Assembly (NCBI GenBank): GCA_036172245.1
Contig: JAYWIR010000001.1
Coordinates: 8,060,001-8,124,000 of the forward strand
Source: Raillietiella orientalis
Taxonomy: Eukaryota
DNA: 64,000 bases
Direction of reading: 5' to 3'
Below, piece by piece: positions 21,409-33,340 of this stretch (its first letter is position 1; each line of letters starts with the position of its first letter). The notes under the pieces are model-generated. The model did not search any database. It saw nothing but the letters and a program-made list of their open reading frames with translations, and was not told the origin of the DNA. The translations under genes were made by a program, and so were the position numbers.

Positions 21409-23250
21409 TTAAACAAAAAATTTCATCATACACTTTCGATGAACCCTCCATCGTCGAGCCTTTTTTGTTTTCAGAAGCCCTTTAGCCATTGATTCATCAA
21501 CTCTCCACGACTTCGGGTCGGTAAAGCCGGCAACATGCCTCACCAAATAACGTAAACTCCTAGTATTCACTTTCACCTCCATGCCACTATCAGTGTCAAA
21601 TCGAGGACACTTTAGACGAACAGCCTGAGAACCACCTTCCATCGTTCGAACCACTACCACCCGAGGAGTTGCATACATACTCCTACCACCCGACCGAACA
21701 CTGTTACAAAAACAATGAGCCTATACTTTTAACAGATATAAGAATAGTGTGATATCATTAGCACACCAACTCAACACATCGTGGCTGCGGTTTCACCATA
21801 CAAGCTTCTCAAGATTCTATACCCAATTCTGCACTCGTTAGAAAAATACTTCTCCACTGCGCGCCCTACATCCGGAAGCAGCGCAGATCTACAATCCAAA
21901 ATATGTTTATTGGCTATCTTCGCGGCTAACACCTCTGCCACTTCTCTACACATTAGAATCACGTCTGCATCCATAGAAGTCACTCAGCGTCTGAACAACC
22001 TTGCTTAGGCTCCACTCGATCTATCACCTTCGTTACAATAAGTTGTTCTTTTTCTCACTTGCCATTCGAACTGCCACGTGGGAAACCTAACCATGAATCA
22101 TACATTGCTTAGCTCTACACCTTGTCACCATGTCTTTTTACGCAGCCACGATTTCACTCCTTTTTCAGACTCGAAATATTTTTTCGCAAATTGTATTCTA
22201 TCCAAATATTCCAACTGCGGCAATGAGCGACCCAGGTTTCTGGAATGACGACACGAAAATCCTTAAACCTAGCACAGCTTGGTCGATGCTCTATACCACG
22301 ACACAAAGCTCCTTCTCACCAACATTCTAAATAGCACAGTATCGTTTAGGATTCTTTGGAAACTCCACAAAAATAGTTATGAAATTTTCATCAACAGTCC
22401 TCTGCGTGCGCACATCCTGGTCCACCGCTTTCCAAGGTATTATAGACAACCTCATTTCATTAGAACAGAAAACGAGAAATCTACGTGGGGCGGTGAAAGC
22501 AGCTAGGGAAATATGCAAACATTATAACAGCACACAAAGCACCAGGCTTCACAATAGTTGTCGATGTGCTGTTCTAGTACCTATTCCCCTCAAAAGGACG
22601 CAGCCCAAAACTGAATCGAGCTGATCACATGAACAATGAAAGAACTTTGCTCCTAGATATACTCCTGATTTCTTCAAGCAGTACATAACACCTTCTTTAC
22701 CCACCTTTGCGTATTTTCCGTATTTAATCACTCCGCTCTAGCTTGCAGATTCCAACACAGCATTCTGTAACAAACGAAACACATATTTTATGCTACGGAA
22801 CGCTTCCCCATCGGGCAACATTCCTTCCAGCCAGATCCCAACCGGCGAACGAAAAGCACTCATTCTACCTCCTATTGTCAAAGCAGACTGGAATTGTTCG
22901 ACCAAACATAACGCTTTTCTTCCGCCTTCATCGTGTTACGACCAGATATTTCCAGGAACCTCAAGTGCTGCATTCGACCACCATACAACGCAGGTTTGTT
23001 GCCGAGATATTTCCAAAGCCGCCATCGATTCCTTTACCTCTACAAATTCATTTCGGTGACTAACAACGCATGTGCACTTCTCACCGTCTAAGACCGACAC
23101 TTCACGTTAGCAAAGGCTACGAATTTCAATCAGCGCCCAAGGCAATCAATCACCTCCACTTTTCTAGCAAAGCATCGCAACGCTCAAAATAGCAAAATGT
23201 GGATTCTGCACCTACACATTCAACACAGGAGCTAGGAATCAAGGGATCCA
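21409..23250 (-). pseudogene. Long intronless decayed ORF (about 600 codons) of unknown, possibly viral, origin
   Basis: One frame reads from about 23100 to about 22050 with scattered stops, then continues via frameshifts to the stop at 21409. A minus-strand AATAAA lies at 21380-21385. Confidence 0.45.
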
Positions 23251-23507
23251 TTAACAACCTACGTATTTGGGTGTCGACAAGCTCAGATTCGAGCTACGAT
23301 GCGCACAACTGAACTCCACTTTCAGCAGCCCTCGAAATTTCCCACAACCTACACATTGCGCAACATTGCTGCTTCAACTGAGGAGTTGCTATGGTATGAT
23401 CTCATGATGCATAGTTGCCCAACGTTCAGCAGCATGCAAGTCACGAAAACCCCAGGCCCATGGCCATCTACAAGTAAATAACTCGATGCGCAACCTGCTA
23501 AACCAAA

Positions 23508-23533
23508 TTCCTTACAGGCTAGCCTGTAAGGAA
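23508..23533. repeat. Perfect 26-bp palindrome centred on CTAG
   Basis: TTCCTTACAGGCT|AGCCTGTAAGGAA. Confidence 0.95.
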
Positions 23534-23788
23534 AACAGCATCAAAGCATCAACAGCATATTCTTTTGCCAATGAAAGCTTCCTGGACTTGAAGTGAACCA
23601 CCATAACACCACACACCAATGACCTTATATGGGGACTGCAATTCGAGTGCAAGAGGAGTGAATTCTACTCCAATCAACTTGCCACATGTACTAAGCTGTG
23701 GATAACAATACTGATAACCACCTGGCCACCGAAAATTTGTATAAATACTCACTATGCACACCATGCTTTTCAGAAGTACGCAAAAAGC

Positions 23789-24690
23789 ATGCTTTACGCA
23801 CGTTACCCAAACTGGTGCTTCACCATAAACAACTGGACAGAAGATGAACTCACTCGCGTCAAGCAGTGGTGCAAACACGCAACCTTCGCAATCATCGCGA
23901 AGAAAGCAACCACTATCGATACGCATCACCAGCAAGGATGCATGCAATTGCATGAACCTCTCATGCTGCCGCAAGTGCGAAGACCGCAGCTCAAGCGCTC
24001 TCACTTGGAGCACGCAAGAGGTTTAGCCAACGCTAACCTTCAATATTGTGAAAAAGATATGCATTCATGCAACACTCGACCAAAACCCTAACGACAATTA
24101 CGAACGCCGGGTAAGAAAGCAATACACTCGCATTAGTAACATCTCTTTAGTCCAGATACTTCGCCTCATACAATCCGACAAATCAGAAAATTTTATCTTG
24201 GAAAATTATACAAAATTTTATTCAAGGGACATTCAGTTCATCAAGGAGTGCTTTGGCCTCTACAGAGCGAAGCACTTCCCGAACCCAATGGCGATTCTAC
24301 AGTTACGGCAGTGGCAACACAAAGTTCTGAATATACTCTCCAAACCACCACATCACCGAGAAATATACTGGATCCTGAACGAACGAGGAAACGGGGCAAG
24401 CCTACGTTGACAAAATATCTCTTTCTCAGACGTAACGCAATTTATCTAGAAAGTTGCAACAAGAGCAACGCAGCCCATAATGGAGAGCCCATAATAGTCA
24501 TTGACTTTACAAGAGACAACCACAAAACCATTCAATACGGCTTCATTGAGTGCTTGAAAAACGAAATCATCTTTGATCCTAAATATCAATAAGATACTTC
24601 GACACTCCACACGTCCTAGTTACGGCCAACTGGGAACCAGACTACATCAAACTAAGCACTGATCGATCGAAGATCATCAATATAACTAGC
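23789..24690 (+). pseudogene. rep: Endogenous CRESS-DNA virus Rep 4, full length and frameshifted
   Basis: WCFTINN (I), HQQG (II), YCEK (III), RGN/GK (frameshifted Walker A), IVIDFTRD (Walker B), YGFIECLKN, PHVLVTAN, LSTDR. TATAAATA at 23740 and AATAAA at 24765. Confidence 0.93.
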
Positions 24691-24784
24691 TCCAGCAGAA
24701 AGAAACCTCCTTCATTATGGAGAATGATGGCAACATTATCCTATATGTCAAACCAATAGAAAGTAATAAAGACAACTAAATTAA

Positions 24785-25800
24785 TCAACTTCTTTTTATT
24801 AGCACAGCACCTGCAGCTCTCCAAGTCGCATTAGCCTGCCTAGCTGCATCTCTGCTTCCTCTAAACAAAAAATATTTCTTTTTCACATGGTACACCAACA
24901 TTCCTGCTTTCAGAACTCCTGTGTCTGGACATACTGCAGACTGACAATGTGCCTCAAAATCATCAGGTATATCCTGACCAGATATATACTTCATCAATGT
25001 TACATTTTCATAGCTGGCACTGACAGTTAACTCACCACTCAAATTATTTATTATATTATTGTGGAATTTGGAGCAAAGTACTCGAAGCCAACACTTGCAC
25101 ATCCCCTCATCCATGCTCGAAACCATTCAATACGTAATTCACCTTTCCCATCAGTTCTTGGATGCAATTCCTACTACACTACACCCCAATCATTATCCAC
25201 GTCACCTTCCACTTGACACCCTCAGCCACCAGACATCATCTAAGGCAATGAAGTAAGACACTTCCTTATCTCTTCTCAAGGAACTGATTATGAACTGATT
25301 ACCCTGACCCATTCCGATTTGGAACTGCAACTTTAAAAGACAGCAAACACAGATAACCTTTAGGTGAACTTCCAAGTGAACAGTGCACAACCACAGCACT
25401 CACCATTTCCCTAACTGTTGCCAACTTTGCACTTTGCGGGGCTTGTTCTAAATGCGTACTCTTTTCAAGAGCGTTTTCCATGAAAAAGGAAATAGAAGCG
25501 CACCCGACATTTCCGTATCATGTCCAAGCAGCCCTCACATCAAACAGGATGTCATCTCACATGAATCTTTCCTGGAGACACTGCAACACCAGATGTCGCT
25601 TTCACCAAGCAACATGCATGGTTACCCAACCCTGTGTCTGGATAAGTGTGCATTACAAAGCAGTTCGGCCAAATGCACATCCCTGTACTGCACATCTCAT
25701 AAACACAGCGAACCCTGCTGTCACAAAGCATGGGATGAGCAAAAACCCTGCAATTCTCAATACTTTCACAGTGCTGCAAAAACAATTCTAGCATTTCCAC
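24785..25800 (-). pseudogene. Decayed unknown ORF convergent on Rep 4
   Basis: Series of minus-strand ORF pieces ending at 24785, with minus-strand AATAAA at 24795-24800 facing the Rep 4 AATAAA. Confidence 0.35.
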
Positions 25801-28800
25801 AACCTCTCCTACTGAAATCTATTACCTGCCCAAGTCTTACTGAACCATCTAATCAAAAGAATCAAAACCTCAAGACTCACCTCTTCTTTTTCCATCCAAG
25901 GACTCTTCTTTCAAGAATCAGCCAGCAAAACGAACAGCAGGACGTGTTAAGAGCACAGCAAACGTGCTAGGAGAAACCAACGCAAAACGCACTTCACAAA
26001 TTCGGTAATTCCCAATTTTTTGCGTTTCCATGGCTGCGAAACAGCGACATTCCATGTGACTGCTCGCTTTAACCCCTTCCTTTATTCCATATTACTTTAA
26101 GGGAAACCACAAGAATTCCGGCACTCCCTTCTTTCCAGATTCACACAGAAACTTACAAAAGAAAAAAAAAACTACTTACTTTGCCATCTACTGAGCACTG
26201 CTAACCGCGCCTTTCTTCAGACATCGAACATCACCCTATTAACAATTCGAATGATTCCATGCTTTGCCACGTTACGACTCCAGCATCCACACAACCTTCA
26301 GCCACAACTTTTGTCCGCAGCCACATTTCTTCACGGTTTCCAAATCGAAAGTTGCAGGAGCTTACACTCTGCAGCTTACGCTCGCACTTCACCTTTCCAT
26401 CATCCACTTCACATCGAATTCAGTTCTGGAATGATAACGGAAGAGCTCCCATGCACATCCGTTCCGCAACGACTTCCACCGGCAAGCGCATGAGCCAACC
26501 TTCGCTCTTCCGATTCTTCCGGTGCGCTTCAAGATGTGCATTTCTACGCAAGACCGCTAACCCAATGTCCAGTCACAAAAAGTTTAATTTCACAGCAACT
26601 TTTCATTGCACACAAACATTTAAAGCATGAGCTGGAATAACGGACGTCACAAGCTATGCAAGCTGATTATGTATATTCAATTCAGCTCAAAATACGGGTG
26701 GAATTAGAGCAGCAATGGATGAATTCGGCACGAATATCTTGTTAATTCTGATAAAAGCAACACCGGAATAAGTTTAAAACAAGGTTTCTGTATCCAAATT
26801 AGGCGTAACACGCACAGATATGGAAATCAATTAAGGAATCTTCACAGAGGTAATTGACTGCCTATGTTGTCTACAGGACATTTCCCTTCCTGCCTTCCCC
26901 TGATTGCACACTTCCTAAATGCCCCAATCTTTTGTGCCTCAAGTTCAATAAGCTTCGCGTGACGATAACATTTCAGAGAATTCAATGCAACCAAATTGAT
27001 GCTGCGTTCTAAATCTGCGCAAGCAAGTTTCCGATAAAAGTAACTCAGGCAGTGGATTCGAATTCGCTTATTGGTTCGCTCTTCCCAATGTCCGCTGTTA
27101 CCTCTCCTTGTCTTTTGCTTTAAGTTCTGCCTCCTCTGAACGGCATGTGCTGAGCTCTTGCTGGAGTGTGAGAACGCTTACTCACACGGGGCTTGTGAAG
27201 TGCTTCGAAACCATATGAGCTCTCCAGCTGCTCTCTGGCTCAACCATCACGCGATATGCGTTGGCATGTGTCGAAGGGTCAGAAGCACCAACAACAAAAT
27301 TAAGAGATCGCCATCTCCTTCTTCGGACCAATTCCATGTTGATCCATGGGATGCGCATGCTTGCCCCACTACTCAAAGATGGACGCCACGTACCAGCAAT
27401 GCGTTCCCGCATACCGTCTCGACTGCGTTCCCGAAAGAGGAATCGCTTCGGATAGCGCAATGGGTGCTGGCAGGGAATGAAGACTGCATCGGAGGATTCA
27501 GCGCGCACGCGTGCTAGTGCACGCAAGCAGTGGTGCTGCTGCAGACGCTTCCGCTTCCATCGCACCCCCCGCATTGCTCAGCTGCGCATGCGCCTCTTCG
27601 CTCCGCACTAGCACGGATGCACTGCAGAGTGTGTGCGGCGATGAGATGGAGGCAGACATGCGAACGACAGGGAAAGTTCCGCTTCCTCAGACGGGCTCTC
27701 CGATTTTCATCTTCCTCTCAAACCATGCTGCCTGCTCGTCTTTCGTGGCCGCTATTGCCACTTGGTGGACCCGTGCGAGCGTGGCACTTTCGACGGACGC
27801 TCCAGAAGCCAGATGTTGCCCTTGCAGTGCGATAAACAAAAGGTACATCTGATTCATCCCATGCAATGGAACATTTCCTGTGCCTCTAGCATTCTGGTCG
27901 CATTTTGCTAACTATATCTGGATCCTTGTAGCGAAAACAACCCTATGCAATCGCGACCAAAGACCAAAGCCGTACACACAGCTTTCATTTTCAGCCTCTC
28001 CCGAGCGCTGAAATGGCGAGGTCATTTTCACCGCCGTCATCAACAAGGCGGAACTCTATGGAATCGTTTCAGTCGCAAAAAAGGAATGATAGCAGAGCGT
28101 GACAAAAAAAATTCGTTTTCTTCTCTACCACCGCGACGCCATGGAGACGAGTAAGAAATCCTTCTTTTAGAAGGAGTACACTTCATAATGGCAAGAGAGT
28201 TCGAGTTTCTTATGCTTTCCGTTGAAAGGCTCCCAAAGAATGTCCACTCACCTCGCAAATCTGTACACCGCGCATTGGATCGCGAAGAGTAGTCTCCATG
28301 CGAGATTGAAGACATCGGATCAATGCAATGGATTTTTACCACTCTTTGAGAATGAAAGTTTTGTTCACAAATTCATTCTTCAGAAGAGCACTGGCATTGC
28401 AAATATCAATATACATGCAAGGATATCACTATACACATGCTCACATCAATACAAATACAGTACATACATGTGGACAATGAGCAACACATATCGGCATCAG
28501 CGTACAATATGCCTGTGAAATACCCAAAGTGTACTTTTCTGTTTCAGGTTTTTGAAACTCCACAGTTTTTCTTTGCTCAACTTCTCATCGGTCATGTGAC
28601 TAGGTCCATGACTCTCATCGAAGACAGTTTTCACATGCCAAGTGCTATCGCCGCTTTTGAGATAGCCTTCATGTCATTGAAGGTATCTCCATCCGTGCTT
28701 CCATTCTATCGTCACACCGGTAAACTGACTTCTTTCTCCTTTACTCCCTGATGTCTGCAATGAAATGGTACTTGTGGCGATGCACGAGCCGCTGTTTCGA

Positions 28801-31800
28801 ATGTTTTTTATGGATTCTGTATTCTTTTTGCCACTTTGTTTCTCACTTTCTGGGGAGCTTTGCAAAGGTACGCAATCCAATCGATCCTGTCTGTTCAAGT
28901 CGCAAATCCATTCCTCTTTCTACATTCATGAAATGTTGAACTAATAAAAAACCTACTGGCGATGATCCCGCTTCCTGAGGAGATTCCGATTTGGAACATA
29001 CAAACAAGCTTTCAATCCTATATTACAAGTCCCACCAGTTTGCTTTTTGAAACATTTCATGGAAGAAGCCTTTTCAACCATTCCGTAAATCCACTCGGTG
29101 TGAAGGTGCTGATTAGCAACGCAGAAGGTGTCAGCATGTGTTTGCTAAAGCAAAGCTTCTGCTATGTACAGATTGCACGTGTACATTTCGAAGAATGTGC
29201 AGTCCACCTCAAAATTGAAAGGTGCATATGATATGCCGATGAATATTATTTCAAGCACATGCTTGCGTATCAAAAGATTGTCAATTGGACGCCAACACGG
29301 CAGAAGGCTTCTGCTGCCTTCTGCCGCTGCTGGAAAGTTCTGACGTGCAGCTCGCCTTTCGTGTTCCAGTGGCACAGTTTGCAGCACGAGGGGTTTTCTG
29401 CCACTCTTTGACAAGGAAATACATGAGAAACATGCCACCCCAACTGATGCTCGGATGCAGCCGTGGTCATAAGATTGGCCACACGTCGGACCGATTCCAA
29501 TGCACCAACCGACTATAATGGCGGTGCTCGGACTCCACACTTCTGGTTTTCTGGACTTTCCGCTTGGAAACGCCACTGCACCTTTTAAGGTGATCTTCGC
29601 AGCACAGTTCGATCAAGTGCGTTTTTAGAAGAACAAATGCGTAGAGAATGGGAGCGGTGGAAATCGAGAATCCCGTAGAAGTGCCTCGGGAAAACAATAC
29701 AGTGATAGTGTAAGCGCAAAACCTAAAATGGAATGATTTTGAAACGCTGCAGTGCTGAAATTCGAAAAATTTTCGAATGATCAATTCTCAACCCATTCGC
29801 TTTCTTTTATATATCTCCTCCAAAGAACAGGAAGCAGCGAAAGTTTCTTTCGAGGAGTCACATGGTTGCATGGCTCCGGGCGTGCAACCAAACATCGTGT
29901 CTAATCTCCAGTCAATGCAAAGCTTCGAGATCATTTCTTATCGCATCTAAGGACCTTTGTGGGCTACAAACCACGCGGAACAAATCGCATGGTGTTGGAC
30001 CTGGCGCAGAATTTACTCGGTGCTTGTTTCCATCACCAGGACTTACTTATCCGGAAAAAGGAGCTCACCTCCGCACTGACTGCCAAAGAATAGTGGTCCA
30101 CAAACAGCACCGTTCTCCGAATGGACCGCACGTTCCTCTTCTGTCTGCAACTCCTATCGCAACGTACATTGTGTGCATCACTCTGTGGTGCAATGCCGCA
30201 GCAAACCGAAGATGCTTTTGAACTGGCCGTCAGAACATTTCACGAAATGGAATTCGCGCACCAATCCGCAGTCTGTATCCAGTTTTGTTGCTCATGTCCC
30301 AAATGAACACGTCGCGGTTCGCTTTTCTAGTATAAGCTGCACATGATTCGGAGGTCCGCATTCTGCTTTCTTGTGAACTTTTCCTATATTTTGGGGAAGG
30401 ATCAGTATTAGGATTCGCAGACACTGGAAATGCAAGCTGCTCTCGGATCCTCCATAACACCGTGGACGCCTCCGCAAGTTGCCACCCACAAACGATCGTG
30501 CGCATCCACCGTGCAGTCTCACGGAACTTCTCGCTTTCGACTCACTTTTGAAGGATCCAGTATCTCACAGTCTCAGAGGCACAAAGACCTGGGGGTCAGG
30601 TCGCCTCCAGCGATTTTCCTTTTCTAGTGATTCCTCCGTCTCGCCGTCTAGACTGCCCTCGTACCTCAGGGAGATTATTTTTCGCAATGGACCTCCTTTA
30701 GGGAATGGAATCTTTCCAAGGCTCCAGCAAATCTCCTTCCATTCCTCTGTGCGGTGCTTCTGGCGATATGCGCAGCTCTCCTGCCACCGACCAAGCTTCT
30801 CGACGTTTCGTGTCGCCTTTTCACTCGCCTCTGCCTATTTCCCTGAAGTAGTGACTTCACGCCTACCTCTTCCCCAAGTGATTGCGTGCTCCGCTGGCCA
30901 TGGGAACGCTTCCTTCCGTTCCGACGTCGTTTTCCGCCTCCTCATGGCACTGGTTGCGCAGCAAAACGCTTACTGTTCCATCTTGAACGGCTCTTTTCTT
31001 TCCGGGTGCGGCCTCGTTTTTTTTGGTCTTTGATTTGCTTTGTGCCACTCTTCGTGGGTTTCCAATCACTATATTGCAACGAGAACATTGTAGGGGAGGA
31101 ATGAAGCTTTCATCCTTGTTGCTTTTAGATTGGCCTCAATTTCCTGCTTTCTGGTCGTTCGGCGAATCGCTAGGTGTCCTTGTGACGGAAAGGGCTGCCT
31201 CTCGAAAGAGAGCAGGTCAGGTGTGCATGGGATCGTTCTGCGAACTCCGTGCATGACCCACGGGCCACGCCACGAATCGGGAAGGCGTCACCCGGATGAT
31301 GTGGATTCCCAGGGTGCACTTGAGGTTTCCTTGGATATCCTTCCTTCACGCAAAAAACAGAGGCAGACAAAGAATTTGCTTGCAGGATGCATCTCATCGC
31401 GCGTCTCTTGAGCCGCCTGAGGAAGGATGCCATCGCGGCGGGAGCTGTTTCTCTGCGGCGTAGCAGTAGAGGTTCCCGCGTGGATCTGGAGTAATGAGAT
31501 AGGTGGCAGCCGGCTTTGACCGGATTTCTCTCGGTTCGGGAGCGAACAAGCCAGAAAGGAGCGACCGGAAGGGCATGGGAAATGTATGAAAACCTTTTAA
31601 CGCACTTAAACGCACAACCAGAAGAAACGCGTGCAGAGGTACCTGCATCAGCCGTGTACTCAAGTAGAAGGAAGAAGGGTTTACCCTTCTTCCTTCTACT
31701 TTCTTTAACCCTTCTTCCTTTTCTCAACCACTACCATAGCAACCAGGATTTTGATCAATACTGTAGTAACTTCATTTCAAACACGGAAGGAAACGTGGCT

Positions 31801-31877
31801 TTCCCTATTCCCACTCGTTGCAAAATTACGTTGCAAAAAATTCAAGCACTCCATGAATAGGAAACATAAAAAATAGA

Positions 31878-32835
31878 GTCCCCGCGTCGGAGGTTTTGTG
31901 ATTAAGGCTTCCGCGTGTGGCACCTATGCGTCGCGGGTTTGAATACTTCGGCAGAAACTCTGACGCTACTGCGTCGTCGAGTTCCGAGTTTCTCCTGCAA
32001 CGGCGCTGGTTGGCCTAATCATTCGGACGTGGCACCGGTGGTGGATTAAGCCGGAGGCCCCCGACAAAGTCCGGAACAATGGGAAATTGACCTTCGGGTC
32101 TTCCAAGGAATAAAGGAGTGGGGAGTTCCCCCTCCGGTCGTACAACGGAGAGCGGAGCCCCCACTGGGGGACCCCTCCGGTTTCAAGATGGAGCAGAAGC
32201 CCTCACGGGCACCTCTCCAGTTGTTCAAAGGAGCAGACCCTCCCTGTTGCGGGGAGGACCCTCCGAGTCGTCACCCCTTCACAGAGTGCACAAGGAAGCA
32301 AGCGATAGCGATTCCCCTGTGGGAAGCTGCAGCGCCCCTTCAGGATTCTCTTCAGAGGAGTGAACAGGAGCGGTTCCCTTGCGGGTTCCCTCCGGAGAAG
32401 AAATTCCTACAAGTGGATCCTTTCCGGGTTCCCTCCGGAGAAGTTGAAATGGAGAGGACCAGCCCCATTACGGATGGTATCCTTCCGGAGAGAATGAGGA
32501 AGGAGATTCCCTTCCGGTTTCCCCTTCGGCGACAACCAGGGTGGGAGGTACAATCCCCCCGTCCGGGGAGAGTTCCTCTCCAAGCGTGAGAGGAACGGAC
32601 TCCGAGCCCTTCCTGGATTCATAGGGCGGACCCCCTCCAGGGGTGCCCCCTATCCTGAAGAATTACACGTCCCCCTGCAGGTTGCCGCGGGCGGAGAGGC
32701 ATGGAAACAAAACAGTGTATTTAATGTTTAAAAAGAGCCACGTGCACCGCGAGGCACGCGACCGGCTCTGAGGTACTTAGCGAACCAAAAAAAAGAAAAC
32801 TCTTAAAAAAAAAAAAAAAGCTGAAAAAAAAAAAG
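31878..32835 (+). mobile_element. SINE-like element with tRNA-like (possibly dimeric) head, CCCTCCGGAG-rich body and A-rich tail
   Basis: B-box-like GGGTTTGAATAC near 31935; ends GTACTTAGCGAACC+A-run; collinear with the minus-strand copy at 52900-53665. Confidence 0.6.
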
Positions 32836-33019
32836 CATACAGAAGAAGAAAAAGAACCCAAGGAATTCCATCGTCCTAGGCCAATAGTAACAATCTCCTC
32901 GTTGGGGTCGCTACTGGCCAGTGCCTTTATATGGAACCCCACCCTTCACTATATGCTTCTCTTATAATCATCAGCGTTACGCCAAAACCAATCCAGAAAG
33001 CATTGCAGGGTTTGCAAAG

Positions 33020-33340
33020 GAGCGAATCCCTATTCCGGGGGAACCCCTCCGCGTCGGACTGATGGAGTGTGTCGCCACCACCTCTCCAGAGAGTGCGGAG
33101 ATGCTAGCCGATCCCTTCGGGGAAGCTGCGTCCTTCTGAATTTCGGAAGCATCCCTTCAATGTTCTCTTCAAAGAAGTAAAAGCAGGATCGCATCCTTAC
33201 CGGGTTTCCTTCAGAGAGAAAAAACTGTAGCGGACCTCTCCAATGGTCTCTTCGGAGAGAATAAGGAAAGAGATTCTCTTCTGGATTTCCCTTCGGAGAC
33301 AACCGTTCCTTGGGCATTCCCAGGAGGATCTTTCGATAAA
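33020..33340 (+). repeat. Partial body copy of the SINE-like family
   Basis: CTTCGGAGAGAATAAGGAAAGAGATTCTCTTCTGGATTTCCCTTCGGAGACAACC matches 32480-32540. Confidence 0.6.

Noticed and set aside
21561-21570. TAGTATTCAC as a CRESS origin nonanucleotide
   Set aside because: It is imperfect, not in a stem-loop, and inside an ORF.
22200-22460. Adenovirus E4orf6-like motifs (IPW, PGSL.C)
   Set aside because: The match needs an ad hoc frameshift, the continuous frame reads PGSLIAAVG, and the HCHC motif is absent.
28040-29250. hAT transposase relic (GFTEW and similar motifs)
   Set aside because: The motifs are too short and scattered to support a call.
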